Under the pieces are notes generated by a model. The model saw only the letters and a program-made list of their open reading frames with translations, made no database searches and was not told the DNA's origin. Shown here in pieces: positions 38,218-48,825 of a DNA stretch of 64,000 nucleotides; position 1 is the stretch's first letter; each line of letters begins with the position of its first letter. The position numbers and the translations under genes are program-made. The stretch is taken from NCBI GenBank assembly GCA_964542025.1, contig CAZISY010000001.1, forward strand, positions 8,749-72,748, written 5' to 3'. Source of the stretch: an uncultured Verrucomicrobiota bacterium (GTDB lineage: Bacteria > Verrucomicrobiota > Kiritimatiellia > RZYC01).

Positions 38218-40296
38218 TTACAGCTTCGTGGATCGAAACACGGTAATACTGCGCGGTTCCACCTTGACGGTTTTTTGCATGGTGCGCCACGCGGGCAGCC
38301 GTTCCTGAGTGCTGAAAGCCAGATTCCAGGCGCGGAAATCGGGTTCGGGAAATTGAAAGATCTGAGGGACGGTTTCATCCGCGTTGATCAGGATATACAA
38401 ATCCTCCATTTCCTGTTTGTCCTGTGCGTGCAGCCAGCAGGCAATGCTCTTGCCGTTATCCCAATCCACATGGGTTCCATTTGGACCGAACCAGCGGACA
38501 TCCGGCGTTTTCCCGGAGTCCTGTTTGTCATTCAAAAAATGCGTTTTCCGGAGGATTGGATGCGTCTTGCGGAAGATAATCAGGCGCCGCACAAAACTAA
38601 ACAACTCTTTGTTTTTTTCCAGCAGCGACCAGTCAACCCAGGAAATTTCATTGTCCTGGCAGTAGGCATTGTTATTGCCGGATTGTGTACGGGCAAATTC
38701 ATCACCGGCCAGCAGCATGGGGACGCCCTGCGAAAGCATCAGCGTCGCCAGCAGGTTTTTCATTTGCCGCATGCGCACCGAACAAATGGCGGGATCGGTG
38801 GACGGTCCCTCCACGCCGTAGTTGAAGCTGCGGTTGTGGTTTTCACCGTCGCGGTTGTTTTCTCCGTTATCCAAATTGTTTTTTTGATTGTAGCTGACGA
38901 TGTCGTTCAGCGTGAATCCGTCGTGACACGCAATGAAGTTGATGCTCTTTTGCGGGTTCTGGTTGTTTTTGGCGTAGAGATCCGGGCTGCCGATAAAGCG
39001 GGTGACGAGGGTGCGCAGATCGTGACGCGCGCCGTTCCAGAACTCGCGGATATCATCGCGATAACGCCCGTTCCATTCGGACCAGCGGCGATTCGGGAAG
39101 GAGCCGACCTGATAGAGCCCCGCGGCATCCCACGCCTCGGCGATGAGTTTGGCATCCCGCAGGGCGGGATCCTCGGCGATGGCTTCCACGACCGGCGGGT
39201 TATTCAGTGGTTCGCCGTTCTGCCCCCGCGTTAAAATGGAAGCCAAGTCGAAGCGAAACCCGTCCACATGCATGACCAGGTGCCAATATCGAAGACAGTC
39301 CAGAATGAAATTGCGCACCACGGGGTGATTGCAGTTGACCGTATTTCCGCATCCGGTGTAGTTGCAGTTTTTTTTGCGGTCGGCTTCCAGCATATAATAG
39401 GTGGAGTGGTCGATTCCCCGCATGCTCCAGGCGTGGCCGTTTTCATTGCCTTCATCCGTGTGGTTGAACACGACATCCAGAATGACTTCTATGCCGGCCT
39501 TATGGCAGGCCTTCACCAATTTTTTGAATTCGCGTATTTGTTCTCCGCAGATTCCTGAAGCGGAAAACCGGCCCATCGGTGCGAAGAAGGAGCGTGTGCT
39601 GTATCCCCAGAAGTTGCGCAGTTTTTTGCGGGCGCCGTTTTCCAGGTAGTATTCCATTTCGTTGAATTCGTGAATCGGCAACAGCTCCAGCGTGGTGATT
39701 CCAAGCTTTTTCAGATAGGGAATTTTTTCAATCAGGCCCGCATAGGTCCCGGGGTTCGAGGTTTTGGCGCTGGGATGAATGGTGAAGCCGCGAACGTGCG
39801 TTTCATAGATGACGGAATCGGCGAGCGGGATGCGCGGGAAGGCGTCATCGCCCCAGTTGAATGACTGATCCGCGACCACGCATTTGGGAAAAGCAGAGCC
39901 GTTGCGCAGTGGTTTTCCCGGAATCATCCCTTCGGCTTTTCCCCAATTAGGCTCACCGGAAATGGCGAGGGCATACGGGTCCAGCAGCCACTGGTCTGGA
40001 TTGAAATAAGCGGCCTCGGGAATTTTTAACTCCGAGGCCATGCGATAGAGGTACAGCTGGCCGGCGCGTATGCCGGGAATAAAAATATGCCAAAGATCCC
40101 CGATGCGGTGCAGCGTCGGATCCAGCTTGATTTCGCGCGTTGGTTTTGCGGCATCAGGAGCGCTGAAAAGCATCAGCCAAACCTCTGTAGCGTGTCGGCT
40201 GAAGATGGTGAAATGGGCGCCTTTATTGGTTAAATGCGTGCCGTAGGGAATTGGCAGTTCGAAGGGAGATGGTCGTTTTTTCAGTCCAATTTGCAT
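38218..40296 (-). CDS. glgX: Glycogen debranching enzyme (GH13 isoamylase type)
   Basis: N-terminal CBM48-like region and GH13 catalytic regions (GFRFDLAS, EAWD, NFIACHD) over 692 aa. Confidence 0.9.
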   Translation of the reverse strand: MQIGLKKRPSPFELPIPYGTHLTNKGAHFTIFSRHATEVWLMLFSAPDAAKPTREIKLDPTLHRIGDLWHIFIPGIRAGQLYLYRMASELKIPEAAYFNPDQWLLDPYALAISGEPNWGKAEGMIPGKPLRNGSAFPKCVVADQSFNWGDDAFPRIPLADSVIYETHVRGFTIHPSAKTSNPGTYAGLIEKIPYLKKLGITTLELLPIHEFNEMEYYLENGARKKLRNFWGYSTRSFFAPMGRFSASGICGEQIREFKKLVKACHKAGIEVILDVVFNHTDEGNENGHAWSMRGIDHSTYYMLEADRKKNCNYTGCGNTVNCNHPVVRNFILDCLRYWHLVMHVDGFRFDLASILTRGQNGEPLNNPPVVEAIAEDPALRDAKLIAEAWDAAGLYQVGSFPNRRWSEWNGRYRDDIREFWNGARHDLRTLVTRFIGSPDLYAKNNQNPQKSINFIACHDGFTLNDIVSYNQKNNLDNGENNRDGENHNRSFNYGVEGPSTDPAICSVRMRQMKNLLATLMLSQGVPMLLAGDEFARTQSGNNNAYCQDNEISWVDWSLLEKNKELFSFVRRLIIFRKTHPILRKTHFLNDKQDSGKTPDVRWFGPNGTHVDWDNGKSIACWLHAQDKQEMEDLYILINADETVPQIFQFPEPDFRAWNLAFSTQERLPAWRTMQKTVKVEPRSITVFRSTKL

Positions 40297-40431
40297 GTAT
40301 CAACCCGCGTTGTTTTGTTCCTGGATAAATATGCCGATGCTATATAGTGAATGTTGTTCCAATTGTAAACAGGGATATGTTTTGAATGATTCAATCGTTT
40401 TACATGGCATATGCAGGAGATTCCCGGCCGA

Positions 40432-41652
40432 TCAATCGCTCAGGCCGGAGGTGTATTTCACCCGTTGGGTGAATGTGCGGAGAACGCGGGTTATGCCGCG
40501 ATAGGTATGGGTGCCTGCTGTTCGGGTGACGCGTATGGCGGCTGTGCCGGCGCGCGTGGCGGATCGGGTGCCGGCGACCGCGGGCTGGAGGAGCAGGGCG
40601 TCCATCGTACTTATGGTGTTGTCCACGGAGGTCGCGATACCCTGGAGCAGCGTGTTCCAAAAACCGGGATCATCGCTATTGGCCGGCATGGCGGCGGAAA
40701 GAGAAATGCGCGTTTTCAGATGCGGAAATACATCCTGTGTGAATATGTTTTTCACGTCGTTGAAAAATACGCGCGACTGACCGGCAATGGAGGAAACAGC
40801 CTGATCGCGTTTCCAGGGACGGAACGCGGCGCAGCGCAAAATCGCGGCATGGCCGGTGGCTGAGGTCAGCAGGCCGGCGCCGAGCCCCTGTGAAATATCA
40901 TCCATGACGCGCCCAATCAACGGCACATTGGCGAAGAGTCCTTCAATCAGTGTTCGGCCCATATGCAGAATATTGACGGCAACGACGGTTCGCAGGGTGT
41001 CGCGCAGGATCAGCGCCTGCTCGGATTTATGAGGGCGGCCGTCAAAGAGGTCGGCGATGCGCAGCACCATGACAGCGTTGCGGTAAAGCACAATCAGCAG
41101 ATCCATGCTGTGGTACGGGCTCAGCGAAACACCCAGCATGATGTCGCGCACGCTGTGGCGGACTTCTTCATTGGCCTGCTGTTCCAGTTGTTCAAGAACC
41201 GGAATGACAGCGGTGTTTTCCGTTTTTTTTATTTCGCGTATCAGGTCGTCGCGCAGCGGGTGCGCTGAGAGAACGTCCTGAATTCCCGCGATGGCGGCAT
41301 TCAGGGCAGAAAGGTCGTCCGGTTTCAGCAGCGGATTGGCCATCAGCCGCTGCATATAGCGGATCAGGTAGCGGGAATAATCGCGAAGCTGATTGAACGA
41401 AGCATCAGGCAGATGGTCGGGGAGAGGAGGCGGAGTCAGCGCTTTCGGCAGGCGCAGCCAGTAACGGAAAAAGAAAATAAAGACATAGCCGACAAGCGCA
41501 ACAATGAACAGTGCAAAAGCCCAGCCTGCGAACGGATGAATGCGGTAAAGAAAGGAAAACCCGCGCAGAACTTCCAGGATGGCGATGACCGAGAAGAAAA
41601 CGCCGGCGATCAACGTGATTCGGCAGGCCAGATTCCAGATGGTCTTAAACAT
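40432..41652 (-). CDS. DUF697/YcjF-like membrane protein
   Basis: N-terminal TM pair and a C-terminal domain resembling the UPF0283 family. The start is taken at MFKTIW. Confidence 0.55.
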   Translation of the reverse strand: MFKTIWNLACRITLIAGVFFSVIAILEVLRGFSFLYRIHPFAGWAFALFIVALVGYVFIFFFRYWLRLPKALTPPPLPDHLPDASFNQLRDYSRYLIRYMQRLMANPLLKPDDLSALNAAIAGIQDVLSAHPLRDDLIREIKKTENTAVIPVLEQLEQQANEEVRHSVRDIMLGVSLSPYHSMDLLIVLYRNAVMVLRIADLFDGRPHKSEQALILRDTLRTVVAVNILHMGRTLIEGLFANVPLIGRVMDDISQGLGAGLLTSATGHAAILRCAAFRPWKRDQAVSSIAGQSRVFFNDVKNIFTQDVFPHLKTRISLSAAMPANSDDPGFWNTLLQGIATSVDNTISTMDALLLQPAVAGTRSATRAGTAAIRVTRTAGTHTYRGITRVLRTFTQRVKYTSGLSD

Positions 41653-41802
41653 AGAACAACTCCTTTGCCGGGGACGCACACGTCTCCGCAGCTGAGCAGG
41701 TCTGGCTTAACACAGGTTCCGCCGCGGAATCTACTGAAAAAAGACGGTTTCCGCAGATACACGGATTGACTTGAAGGGCTAACTCCCTTAGATTCCAACG
41801 CC

Positions 41803-42585
41803 ATGAGCAGATCAACCCGATATTTTCGTTATTTCAGTTATTTTTTATCCGTTTTTTGCGTACTTATCATGGCCGGATGCGGGCAGGATGCGGAGAGCCT
41901 CGATAAGCAGGAGGAAAATGATCCCGCTTTGCGCCGTGCGCGGGTACGAAAAAAAGCCCAGGACATTGACGGGGCCATTGAGCTGTACAATAAAGCCCTT
42001 GAGCGCAAGCCGCAACTGGCCCGGGCTCACCTCGAAGTGGGGCTGTTGTACGACAGTTACAAAGAGGATTACAACCGGGCCATTTATCATTATCAGCGTT
42101 ATTTGGAGTTACGCCCCGAGAGCGAAAAAGTGCAGCTGATTCAGGATTTGATCCGCCGTGCCCGATTGTCCTACGCGGTATCGCTTCCCGATACGCCGCC
42201 GGGCGCCATTGAGGAAATTGCCGAACTTCGCAAGGAGAACGCGGCGTTGAAAGCCAAGTTGTCCGACGCCGTAGTAGACTATTCGGCCAATACGGCGGAT
42301 GGCGCTGTGCAGCCTGAGCCCGTGCGCCAAACTTCGATCCAAACAGCATCGTCAAGCTCCGCGGCGGTGCGCAATTCTACGTTATCGGAGCCTGCGCCTA
42401 AGCCGGCGCCCGCCCAACCGCCGGTCAGAACTTATCGGGTGCAGAAAGGCGATACGCTCAGCAGTATTTCCACGAAAATGTACAATGATTCCGCTGCATG
42501 GCAGAAAATTTACCAGGCGAACCGAAAAACATTAAAGTCGCCTTCCAGTCTGGTGGTTGGCCAGACGCTTATCATACCGCAGTGA
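41803..42585 (+). CDS. Lipoprotein with TPR repeats and a C-terminal LysM domain
   Basis: Lipobox LIMAGCG. TPR-like ELYNKALERKPQLARAHLEVGLLY. C-terminal YRVQKGDTLSSIS...QTLIIP LysM. Confidence 0.7.
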   Translation: MSRSTRYFRYFSYFLSVFCVLIMAGCGQDAESLDKQEENDPALRRARVRKKAQDIDGAIELYNKALERKPQLARAHLEVGLLYDSYKEDYNRAIYHYQRYLELRPESEKVQLIQDLIRRARLSYAVSLPDTPPGAIEEIAELRKENAALKAKLSDAVVDYSANTADGAVQPEPVRQTSIQTASSSSAAVRNSTLSEPAPKPAPAQPPVRTYRVQKGDTLSSISTKMYNDSAAWQKIYQANRKTLKSPSSLVVGQTLIIPQ

Positions 42586-42601
42586 GCAGGAGGAATAGGT
42601 T

Positions 42602-43354
42602 ATGTCGAATACGGATTTTTTTGATGATGATTTGATTCAGAAACGGGAGGGCGCCAAGCGTGTGCGGCTCGGCGCGGGTGATGAAGTGGAGCCGCTGGCG
42701 CCGCCGGCTGCTCCGTCGGATACGCTGCCATCGCGGATTGTGGGCGATCTGAATCTGACCCGGATGGCCAAACACCGCGAGGAAATTGAAGATTCCGTGG
42801 CCAAGACGACGGAAGAACTGGAACGTCTCCGTCAGCGTCAGGAAGCCCTGGAGCGCGAACGAAAGGAATTGCAGGAACTGCGTACGCGCCAGGATGGGTA
42901 TGAATCGGGGCGGCGTGAAATCATCGACAAACTGGGGCAGACCATTCTTACGCTTGAGCGGGATGAAATTCGGGCCGCTCAGGTCACCGATTTGCTGAGC
43001 ACAACGCGCGGCCGCTTCAAGACGATGCTCTCGGAACTGGAGAATCTGGACCCGGAATCCTGGGAAGACAGCAAGATCCGGGACGAGCTGGGCAAGGCGC
43101 TTGCGATCATCGAAGATGCACGAATGGAATACAAAAAATCCATGTCGAAAATTGAGACGATCCGGGAGCGCAATCTGGCGTCCGAGCAGAGCGGGCCGAC
43201 TATTTACGAAGAGCCCGTCATTCGATCAGGCGATCAGCAAAAGACGTGGATGTACTGGTTCAAAGTGGGCGTGGCGGTCAGCCTGCCTTTAGGGATTATT
43301 CTGCTGCTGATCACGGTGATGACGATCGTGCTGCTTGCCCAGGGAATTATCTGA
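42602..43354 (+). CDS. Hypothetical coiled-coil protein with a C-terminal TM anchor
   Basis: Charged heptad-rich sequence followed by a C-terminal hydrophobic helix. Confidence 0.5.
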   Translation: MSNTDFFDDDLIQKREGAKRVRLGAGDEVEPLAPPAAPSDTLPSRIVGDLNLTRMAKHREEIEDSVAKTTEELERLRQRQEALERERKELQELRTRQDGYESGRREIIDKLGQTILTLERDEIRAAQVTDLLSTTRGRFKTMLSELENLDPESWEDSKIRDELGKALAIIEDARMEYKKSMSKIETIRERNLASEQSGPTIYEEPVIRSGDQQKTWMYWFKVGVAVSLPLGIILLLITVMTIVLLAQGII

Positions 43355-43369
43355 TAAGAAGGTGAGCGT

Positions 43370-43756
43370 ATGGCCCTCTCTTTTCTCAAGAAGGACGATA
43401 GTCCCCTGGAAAAAAAACTACGCCACATCGAGAGCCAGAGCAGTCTGATTGAGAATCATATCCGGCAACTGGAAAGAAGCGTTCGGAAAAAAAACGCGAC
43501 GGCACCTTCCATGCCCGGTTCCGCCGTAAAAACGGTATCTGACGCGCCGGCCAGAACGGTGCAGAGCGATGCGGTGCGTGCGCCGGTGAGTGTTCATACG
43601 CCGGCCGGACGAAAATTGGGGAAATACCTGGTGACCGGCAGCTTTAAACCGGCGGCGGAACGGGAACTTTCCGATCACGTCCGGAGAAACCGGCGGATTT
43701 TCTTCATTGTGCTGGGCTTGATCCTGTTGCTCATTTTTCTTTGGTTGGTGCTGTAG
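43370..43756 (+). CDS. Hypothetical small protein with a C-terminal TM helix
   Basis: 128-aa ORF with no recognised family. Same strand and tight spacing as its neighbours. Confidence 0.4.
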   Translation: MALSFLKKDDSPLEKKLRHIESQSSLIENHIRQLERSVRKKNATAPSMPGSAVKTVSDAPARTVQSDAVRAPVSVHTPAGRKLGKYLVTGSFKPAAERELSDHVRRNRRIFFIVLGLILLLIFLWLVL

Positions 43757-43838
43757 GGGAGGCCGTCGCAGGAAAAATTAAGAGATGGACGGCCGTGCGC
43801 GGGGTGTTGTATACGGTGAACTCTTTTTCGGAGTCGGC

Positions 43839-45068
43839 ATGGATTTACCCTTTTCACTTTTTATTGCATTAAAATATTTGCGACCCAAACGCACCTTTAT
43901 CTCCGTGGTGACCGTCATTTCCATTCTTGGCGTGTTACTGGGCGTATCCGTTTTGGTGATCGTGCTTTCCGTGATGAGCGGATTTGACAATATGTGGCGC
44001 GACAAGATTCTGGGTTTCAATGCGCATCTCACCGTCGCCGGCTGGGACCTGATCGAAAACGATCAGGAGATCATTGAAACCGTGGAACGTGTTCCCGGTG
44101 TTCTCGGCGCGGCTCCCTATGTGCAGGGGTTGGTGTTCATCCAGCGGGGCGAGCGTATTTTCACGCCGTTTGTGCGTGGTATACAGCCCGACGAAGAGCG
44201 GAGAATAAGCCGCATCCCGGAGCATATGAGCGAGGGAGAATTTGCTCTCGAAGATGATGAAGTGCTGATCGGAAAGGATTTGGCGCTGCGCATACAGGCC
44301 GGCGTGGGCGACAAGCTGCTGCTTTATTCCCCGCGGACTTTCTCCACAGCCACCGATGAGCTGTATCTGCCGGAAGAACTGACTATTCGTGGAATTTTCG
44401 ATTTGGGTATGTGGGATTTTGATATGGGCTTCATACTTACCACCCTGGATACCGCACGCAATCTCTACGGCATCGAAAGCGGAGTCCACGGCATTCAGGT
44501 GATGACCGATGATCCATACAAGGCCGGTGATACCGCTCATCTTGTTCGGCGGGCTCTTGGCGGCGGCTACAATATCCAAACCTGGATGGAAATGAACCGC
44601 CAACTCTTCTCCGCCCTGCGCGTGGAAAAAAACATGATGTTCTTCCTGCTCATTTTCATCACCGTGGTGGCGGCCTTTGGGATTACCAACACGCTCATCA
44701 CCCTGACTGTCCAGAAAACCCGCGAAATCGGACTGTTGAAAGCGCTGGGTTACACGTCCGGCCACATCATGCGCATATTCATTTGGCAGGGTCTGATTTC
44801 AGGAGTCATCGGAACCATCGCAGGCATCGGCACCGGGTTGCTGATTCTTCACTACCGCAACGACCTGATGCGCGGCATGGCCACGCAATTCGGATGGGAG
44901 CTTTTCCCGAAAGAACTGTATCACCTGACGGAAATTCCCGCCGCCACTTCCGCGATGGACATCGCGATCATTGCCATTTCGGTCATGGTAATCTGTACGC
45001 TGGCCGGAGTGATACCGGCCTATCGCGCGGCCCGATTGGACCCCGCCAAATCATTGAGGTATGAATGA
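43839..45068 (+). CDS. Lipoprotein-release ABC transporter permease (LolC/LolE, FtsX-domain)
   Basis: MacB-like periplasmic domain and C-terminal FtsX 4-TM module. The start is taken at MDLPFS. Confidence 0.75.
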   Translation: MDLPFSLFIALKYLRPKRTFISVVTVISILGVLLGVSVLVIVLSVMSGFDNMWRDKILGFNAHLTVAGWDLIENDQEIIETVERVPGVLGAAPYVQGLVFIQRGERIFTPFVRGIQPDEERRISRIPEHMSEGEFALEDDEVLIGKDLALRIQAGVGDKLLLYSPRTFSTATDELYLPEELTIRGIFDLGMWDFDMGFILTTLDTARNLYGIESGVHGIQVMTDDPYKAGDTAHLVRRALGGGYNIQTWMEMNRQLFSALRVEKNMMFFLLIFITVVAAFGITNTLITLTVQKTREIGLLKALGYTSGHIMRIFIWQGLISGVIGTIAGIGTGLLILHYRNDLMRGMATQFGWELFPKELYHLTEIPAATSAMDIAIIAISVMVICTLAGVIPAYRAARLDPAKSLRYE

Positions 45069-45801
45069 TATGACGGAGTTAACCAGCGACGCACAACCGA
45101 TTCTCCGCTGCAATCAGGTATTCAAGCGCTACCTGTTGTTTTCGAAACCCATTGAGGTTCTGCACGGATTATCGCTGGAGGTGCGCGAGGGCGAGTCGGT
45201 ATCCATCATGGGAGCCAGCGGTGCCGGGAAAAGCACGCTGCTGCACGTCATGGGAGGGCTTGATCGGCCGGACAGCGGAACGGTGAGTTTTGGGGGGAAA
45301 GACATATACCGCTTTTCAGCGCGCCGCCGTTCTCAATGGCTGGCTCAGGAGGTGGGATTTGTGTTTCAGTCGTACCACCTGCTTCCCGAGCTCAGTATTT
45401 TGGAGAATGTGATGCTGCCGGCGATGAGCCTCAAAGGATCCCTGCGCCGCAGCGCCGCCAACCGGGCGCGTGCGCTGGAACTGCTGGATCGCGTCGGGTT
45501 ATCCGCCCGCGCGCAGCACCGCTCAACGGAACTTTCCGGGGGCGAGCAGCAGCGGGCATCCCTGGCCCGTGCGCTGATGAACAGTCCGTCGCTGCTGCTG
45601 GCGGATGAGCCTACAGGCAATCTGGACTCGACCACGGGTGATCTGGTGCTCGGCTATTTGTTTGAATTGCAGAAGGAATATGGGCAGACGCTGATTATGG
45701 TGACGCATAATGAGGCGGTATCCCGGCGGACTGATCGGCGGGTGATCCTGCGCGACGGGATGATCGTCGGTCAGAATGAAAAGGAACAAACGCATGAATA
45801 A
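45061..45801 (+). CDS. lolD: Lipoprotein-release ABC transporter ATP-binding protein
   Basis: Walker A GASGAGKST, LSGGEQQRASLARAL, Walker B LLADEPTGNLD. Overlaps the permease gene. Confidence 0.85.
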   Translation: MNDMTELTSDAQPILRCNQVFKRYLLFSKPIEVLHGLSLEVREGESVSIMGASGAGKSTLLHVMGGLDRPDSGTVSFGGKDIYRFSARRRSQWLAQEVGFVFQSYHLLPELSILENVMLPAMSLKGSLRRSAANRARALELLDRVGLSARAQHRSTELSGGEQQRASLARALMNSPSLLLADEPTGNLDSTTGDLVLGYLFELQKEYGQTLIMVTHNEAVSRRTDRRVILRDGMIVGQNEKEQTHE

Positions 45802-46234
45802 ACGAATGGTGGGGTTGTTTGGTGTATGGGTGCTGGCCCTGTTCATTGCGGCGGGGGCGCGGGCGGAAGAAGCGGACGATTTGTGCGGGAAGTATGACAT
45901 ACAGGGCTGGGAGCCGAATGGCGATATCTGTTCCACGCCGGACTATGTCGGTACAAGTGAGTTTTCAAAAAAAGGCGGGGTCTATGTTTATCGGGGTTCC
46001 GTGGATCAGGTGACATTTGAAGGTATCGGATATGCCGAAGGCAAAACCGTATACTTTGCCTATCGCGGCACGGATGGCGACTCCGGAATTCTGCGCGGCA
46101 AAAACAACAATGGAATTTGGGTGTGTGAATGGGTATCCGCGAACAGTGCGGACGGAAAACCCGGGAAAGAGATCTGGAAAAAGCAGCGGCCGCCGGTTTC
46201 TGCGGGTGCTTCCACTTCAGAAGACAAGCCCTGA
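45794..46234 (+). CDS. Hypothetical secreted protein
   Basis: Signal peptide MVGLFGVWVLALFIAAGARA. No recognised family. Confidence 0.5.
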   Translation: MNKRMVGLFGVWVLALFIAAGARAEEADDLCGKYDIQGWEPNGDICSTPDYVGTSEFSKKGGVYVYRGSVDQVTFEGIGYAEGKTVYFAYRGTDGDSGILRGKNNNGIWVCEWVSANSADGKPGKEIWKKQRPPVSAGASTSEDKP

Positions 46235-46246
46235 AAGGGACACGGA

Positions 46247-46549
46247 ATGAGTATACAGTGCGCCATTCAACCGAGAACGCAGGGCGGTGTTACGTTGTCC
46301 GTGACGGGACGTGTGGATTCTGCCACAGCTTCGCTCTTTGATGAGCAGGCGGAAAAAGCGATGAACCATTTGGCGGATGGAAGCCCGATCGTTTTGGACT
46401 TTTCCCGGGTTACCTTCATCAGCAGTATGGGTATTCGATCGCTGCTGAAACTGCGAAAAGCGCATCAGGCCCGGGGCGGCGCCGTCAGTATTATTCACAT
46501 GCAGCCTCAGGTGGCTTCCGTGCTGCAAATGGCCAATCTGTATTTCTAA
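46247..46549 (+). CDS. STAS-domain protein (anti-sigma-factor antagonist SpoIIAA-like)
   Basis: About 100 aa with the STAS fold pattern, including conserved Ser in FISSMGI. Confidence 0.7.
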   Translation: MSIQCAIQPRTQGGVTLSVTGRVDSATASLFDEQAEKAMNHLADGSPIVLDFSRVTFISSMGIRSLLKLRKAHQARGGAVSIIHMQPQVASVLQMANLYF

Positions 46550-46600
46550 CGCGCATCCACCGCAATGGTGGGTTTGGCGCATCAACGGAAAATCACGAAT

Positions 46601-46628
46601 AAAAAAAGCGGCGCTTCAGCGCCGCTTT
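46601..46628 (-). terminator. Bidirectional terminator hairpin with the strong U-tract on the minus strand
   Basis: AAAAAAA-GCGGCGC-ttca-GCGCCGC-TTTG lies between the convergent STAS gene and the fusion gene. Confidence 0.6.
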
Positions 46629-46653
46629 GCAGAGATTCCATTTAATCGAATGT

Positions 46654-48825
46654 TCAGGGGACCGGGAACCCGGCCGTCAATTCGATCACCTTGCCGCGCA
46701 CGGCTTCAATCACTTTTTCATTATCGGTGTTTTTCAGTACATCCACAATGAATCCGGCGATGGCGCGCATTTGATCTTCCTTCATGCCGCGGGTGGTCAG
46801 TGCGGCTGTTCCAAGCCGAACGCCGGAGGTGACAAACGGACTCTTGGAATCGAACGGGATCGCATTTTTGTTCACCGTGATGCAGGCCTTATCCAGAGCG
46901 GTGGCTGCGTCCTTGCCGGTGACGTCGATGGGTGAAAGGTCGACCAGCATCATGTGATTGTCGGTACCGCCCGAAACAATACGCAGTCCGGCATCCTGCA
47001 GGGAGGTGGAAAGCGCCTGGGCATTTCGGATCACCTGTTGCGCGTAATCTTTGAAGGCGGGTTGAAGCGCCTCTTCAAAGCAAACCGCTTTGGCGGCGAT
47101 GACGTGCATGAGCGGCCCGCCCTGAATACCGGGGAACACCTGGCGATTGATATCTGCCGCGAAACGTTCCTGGCACAGGATCATGCCGCCGCGCGGTCCG
47201 CGCAGGGTTTTATGCGTTGTGGTGGTGACAAAATCGCAATAGGGCACCGGATTGGGATGGCACCCGGCCGCGACGAGCCCGGCGATGTGGGCCATATCCA
47301 CCATCAGGAGCGCGCCGACGCCGTCGGCAATCTGGCGGAGGCGTTTGAAGTTGATGATGCGGGAATAGGCGCTGGCGCCCGCCACAATCAATTTAGGATT
47401 GTGCTGCTCGGCCAGTTTCTGGACTTCATCGTAGTCAATGGTTTCCGTCTGACGGGAAACGCCGTAGGAGACGATGTTGTACATGCGGCCGGAGAAGTTC
47501 ATTTTATTGCCGTGCGTCAGGTGTCCGCCGTCCGCAAGGCTCATGGCCAGAATGGTATCGCCGGGGTTGAGCACGGTGAAATAAACGGCCATATTGGCCT
47601 GGCTTCCGCTGTGCGGCTGCACATTGGCCTGTTCCGCGCCGAAGAGTTTGAGCGCGCGATCAATGGCCAGGCGTTCGGCGGCGTCCACAAATTCACAGCC
47701 GTTATACCAGCGCTTGGCGGGATAGCCTTCGGCATACTTGTTGGTCATAACGGAACCGGTCGCGTCGCGCACGGCCCGGCTGGCGTAATTTTCCGACGCA
47801 ATCAGCTCCAGATTTTCGCGTTGGCGTTTGGCCTCGCTGCGGAGTGCGTTGTATATCTCCGGATCCGTGTCATAAATAGCCACAGGATCGGCATTTTGGT
47901 TCATGCAGGCCTGAATTTTGGCCACGCGGCGCTCGTGGCGTCCGCCGGCTTCAAAGGCGGCATCCAGCCAGGCGTTGATGATGGCCTCGGCCTCTTCCGG
48001 CGTGGTGAGCGAAGCGCCGAGAGCGAGGACGTTGGCATTGTTGTGGGCGCGGGCCAGCTGAGCCATTTTCGCCGTGGTGCAGAGGGCGGCACGCACGCGC
48101 GGGAATTTATTGGCGACGATGGAAACGCCGATGCCGGTCGTGCAGATTACGATCCCCATATCGACACGGCCTTCATTGATTTTGAGGGCGACGGCGGCGG
48201 CATAATCCGGGTAGTCCACGGCGTCCGCGCTGTTACATCCCTGATCCAGCACTTCGAGTCCCTTGCCGGAGAGAAATTTGATCAGGTGGGTTTTTAATTC
48301 AAAACCGCCGTGATCCGATCCGATTGCAATTTTCATGGTACACATCCTCTCTGCGTTTTTTTGCAGGGGCGCTCCCTGGTGTTTCATAAACAAGGCCAAA
48401 TCCGGGATGACGGCATTCAGTTCATCACGGGTTTTTCTGTATTGACCCGGCGACTGCCCGAACGGATCGCTCACATCCTCATCGGTGAGAGCCACGCCGA
48501 ACGAACGAAACAGGCGCACTTTGGAGGCGGCTTCCGGCGATAATCGGCACACAGCCTCCCGATGGGCGCAGGTCATTACCACGATCAGGTCTGCTTCGTC
48601 AATCATCTCCCGGGTCAAAGATCGGCTGCGGTGTCCGGATAAATCAATGCCCAGTTCGCTCAGAGCGCTTTGGGCATATGCGGAAGCGGGCATGCCGTCC
48701 GCTGCGGAAATCCCGGCCGATGAGCACTGCACATCAAGCGAACCGCCGACCATGTGGCGGAATAAATACTCCGCCATGGGGCTTCGGCAGGTGTTGCCGG
48801 AGCAAACGAATAGAACACGTTTCAT
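46654..48825 (-). CDS. glyA: Tri-domain fusion: low-molecular-weight protein-tyrosine phosphatase, ribose-5-phosphate isomerase B and serine hydroxymethyltransferase
   Basis: One uninterrupted 723-aa ORF. Residues ~1-150 carry the LMW-PTP CX5R motif (VCSGNTCRS). Residues ~163-305 are RpiB/LacAB ([11 protein letters not shown]). Residues ~310-723 are full-length SHMT ([11 protein letters not shown]-Lys region [11 protein letters not shown]). Confidence 0.8.
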   Translation of the reverse strand: MKRVLFVCSGNTCRSPMAEYLFRHMVGGSLDVQCSSAGISAADGMPASAYAQSALSELGIDLSGHRSRSLTREMIDEADLIVVMTCAHREAVCRLSPEAASKVRLFRSFGVALTDEDVSDPFGQSPGQYRKTRDELNAVIPDLALFMKHQGAPLQKNAERMCTMKIAIGSDHGGFELKTHLIKFLSGKGLEVLDQGCNSADAVDYPDYAAAVALKINEGRVDMGIVICTTGIGVSIVANKFPRVRAALCTTAKMAQLARAHNNANVLALGASLTTPEEAEAIINAWLDAAFEAGGRHERRVAKIQACMNQNADPVAIYDTDPEIYNALRSEAKRQRENLELIASENYASRAVRDATGSVMTNKYAEGYPAKRWYNGCEFVDAAERLAIDRALKLFGAEQANVQPHSGSQANMAVYFTVLNPGDTILAMSLADGGHLTHGNKMNFSGRMYNIVSYGVSRQTETIDYDEVQKLAEQHNPKLIVAGASAYSRIINFKRLRQIADGVGALLMVDMAHIAGLVAAGCHPNPVPYCDFVTTTTHKTLRGPRGGMILCQERFAADINRQVFPGIQGGPLMHVIAAKAVCFEEALQPAFKDYAQQVIRNAQALSTSLQDAGLRIVSGGTDNHMMLVDLSPIDVTGKDAATALDKACITVNKNAIPFDSKSPFVTSGVRLGTAALTTRGMKEDQMRAIAGFIVDVLKNTDNEKVIEAVRGKVIELTAGFPVP

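Noticed and set aside
38197-39234. 345-aa plus-strand ORF inside glgX
   Set aside because: Antisense to a full-length GH13 debranching enzyme with its catalytic motifs.
46954-48297. 447-aa plus-strand ORF opposite the SHMT part of the fusion gene
   Set aside because: Gly-rich antisense artefact. SHMT is unambiguous on the minus strand.
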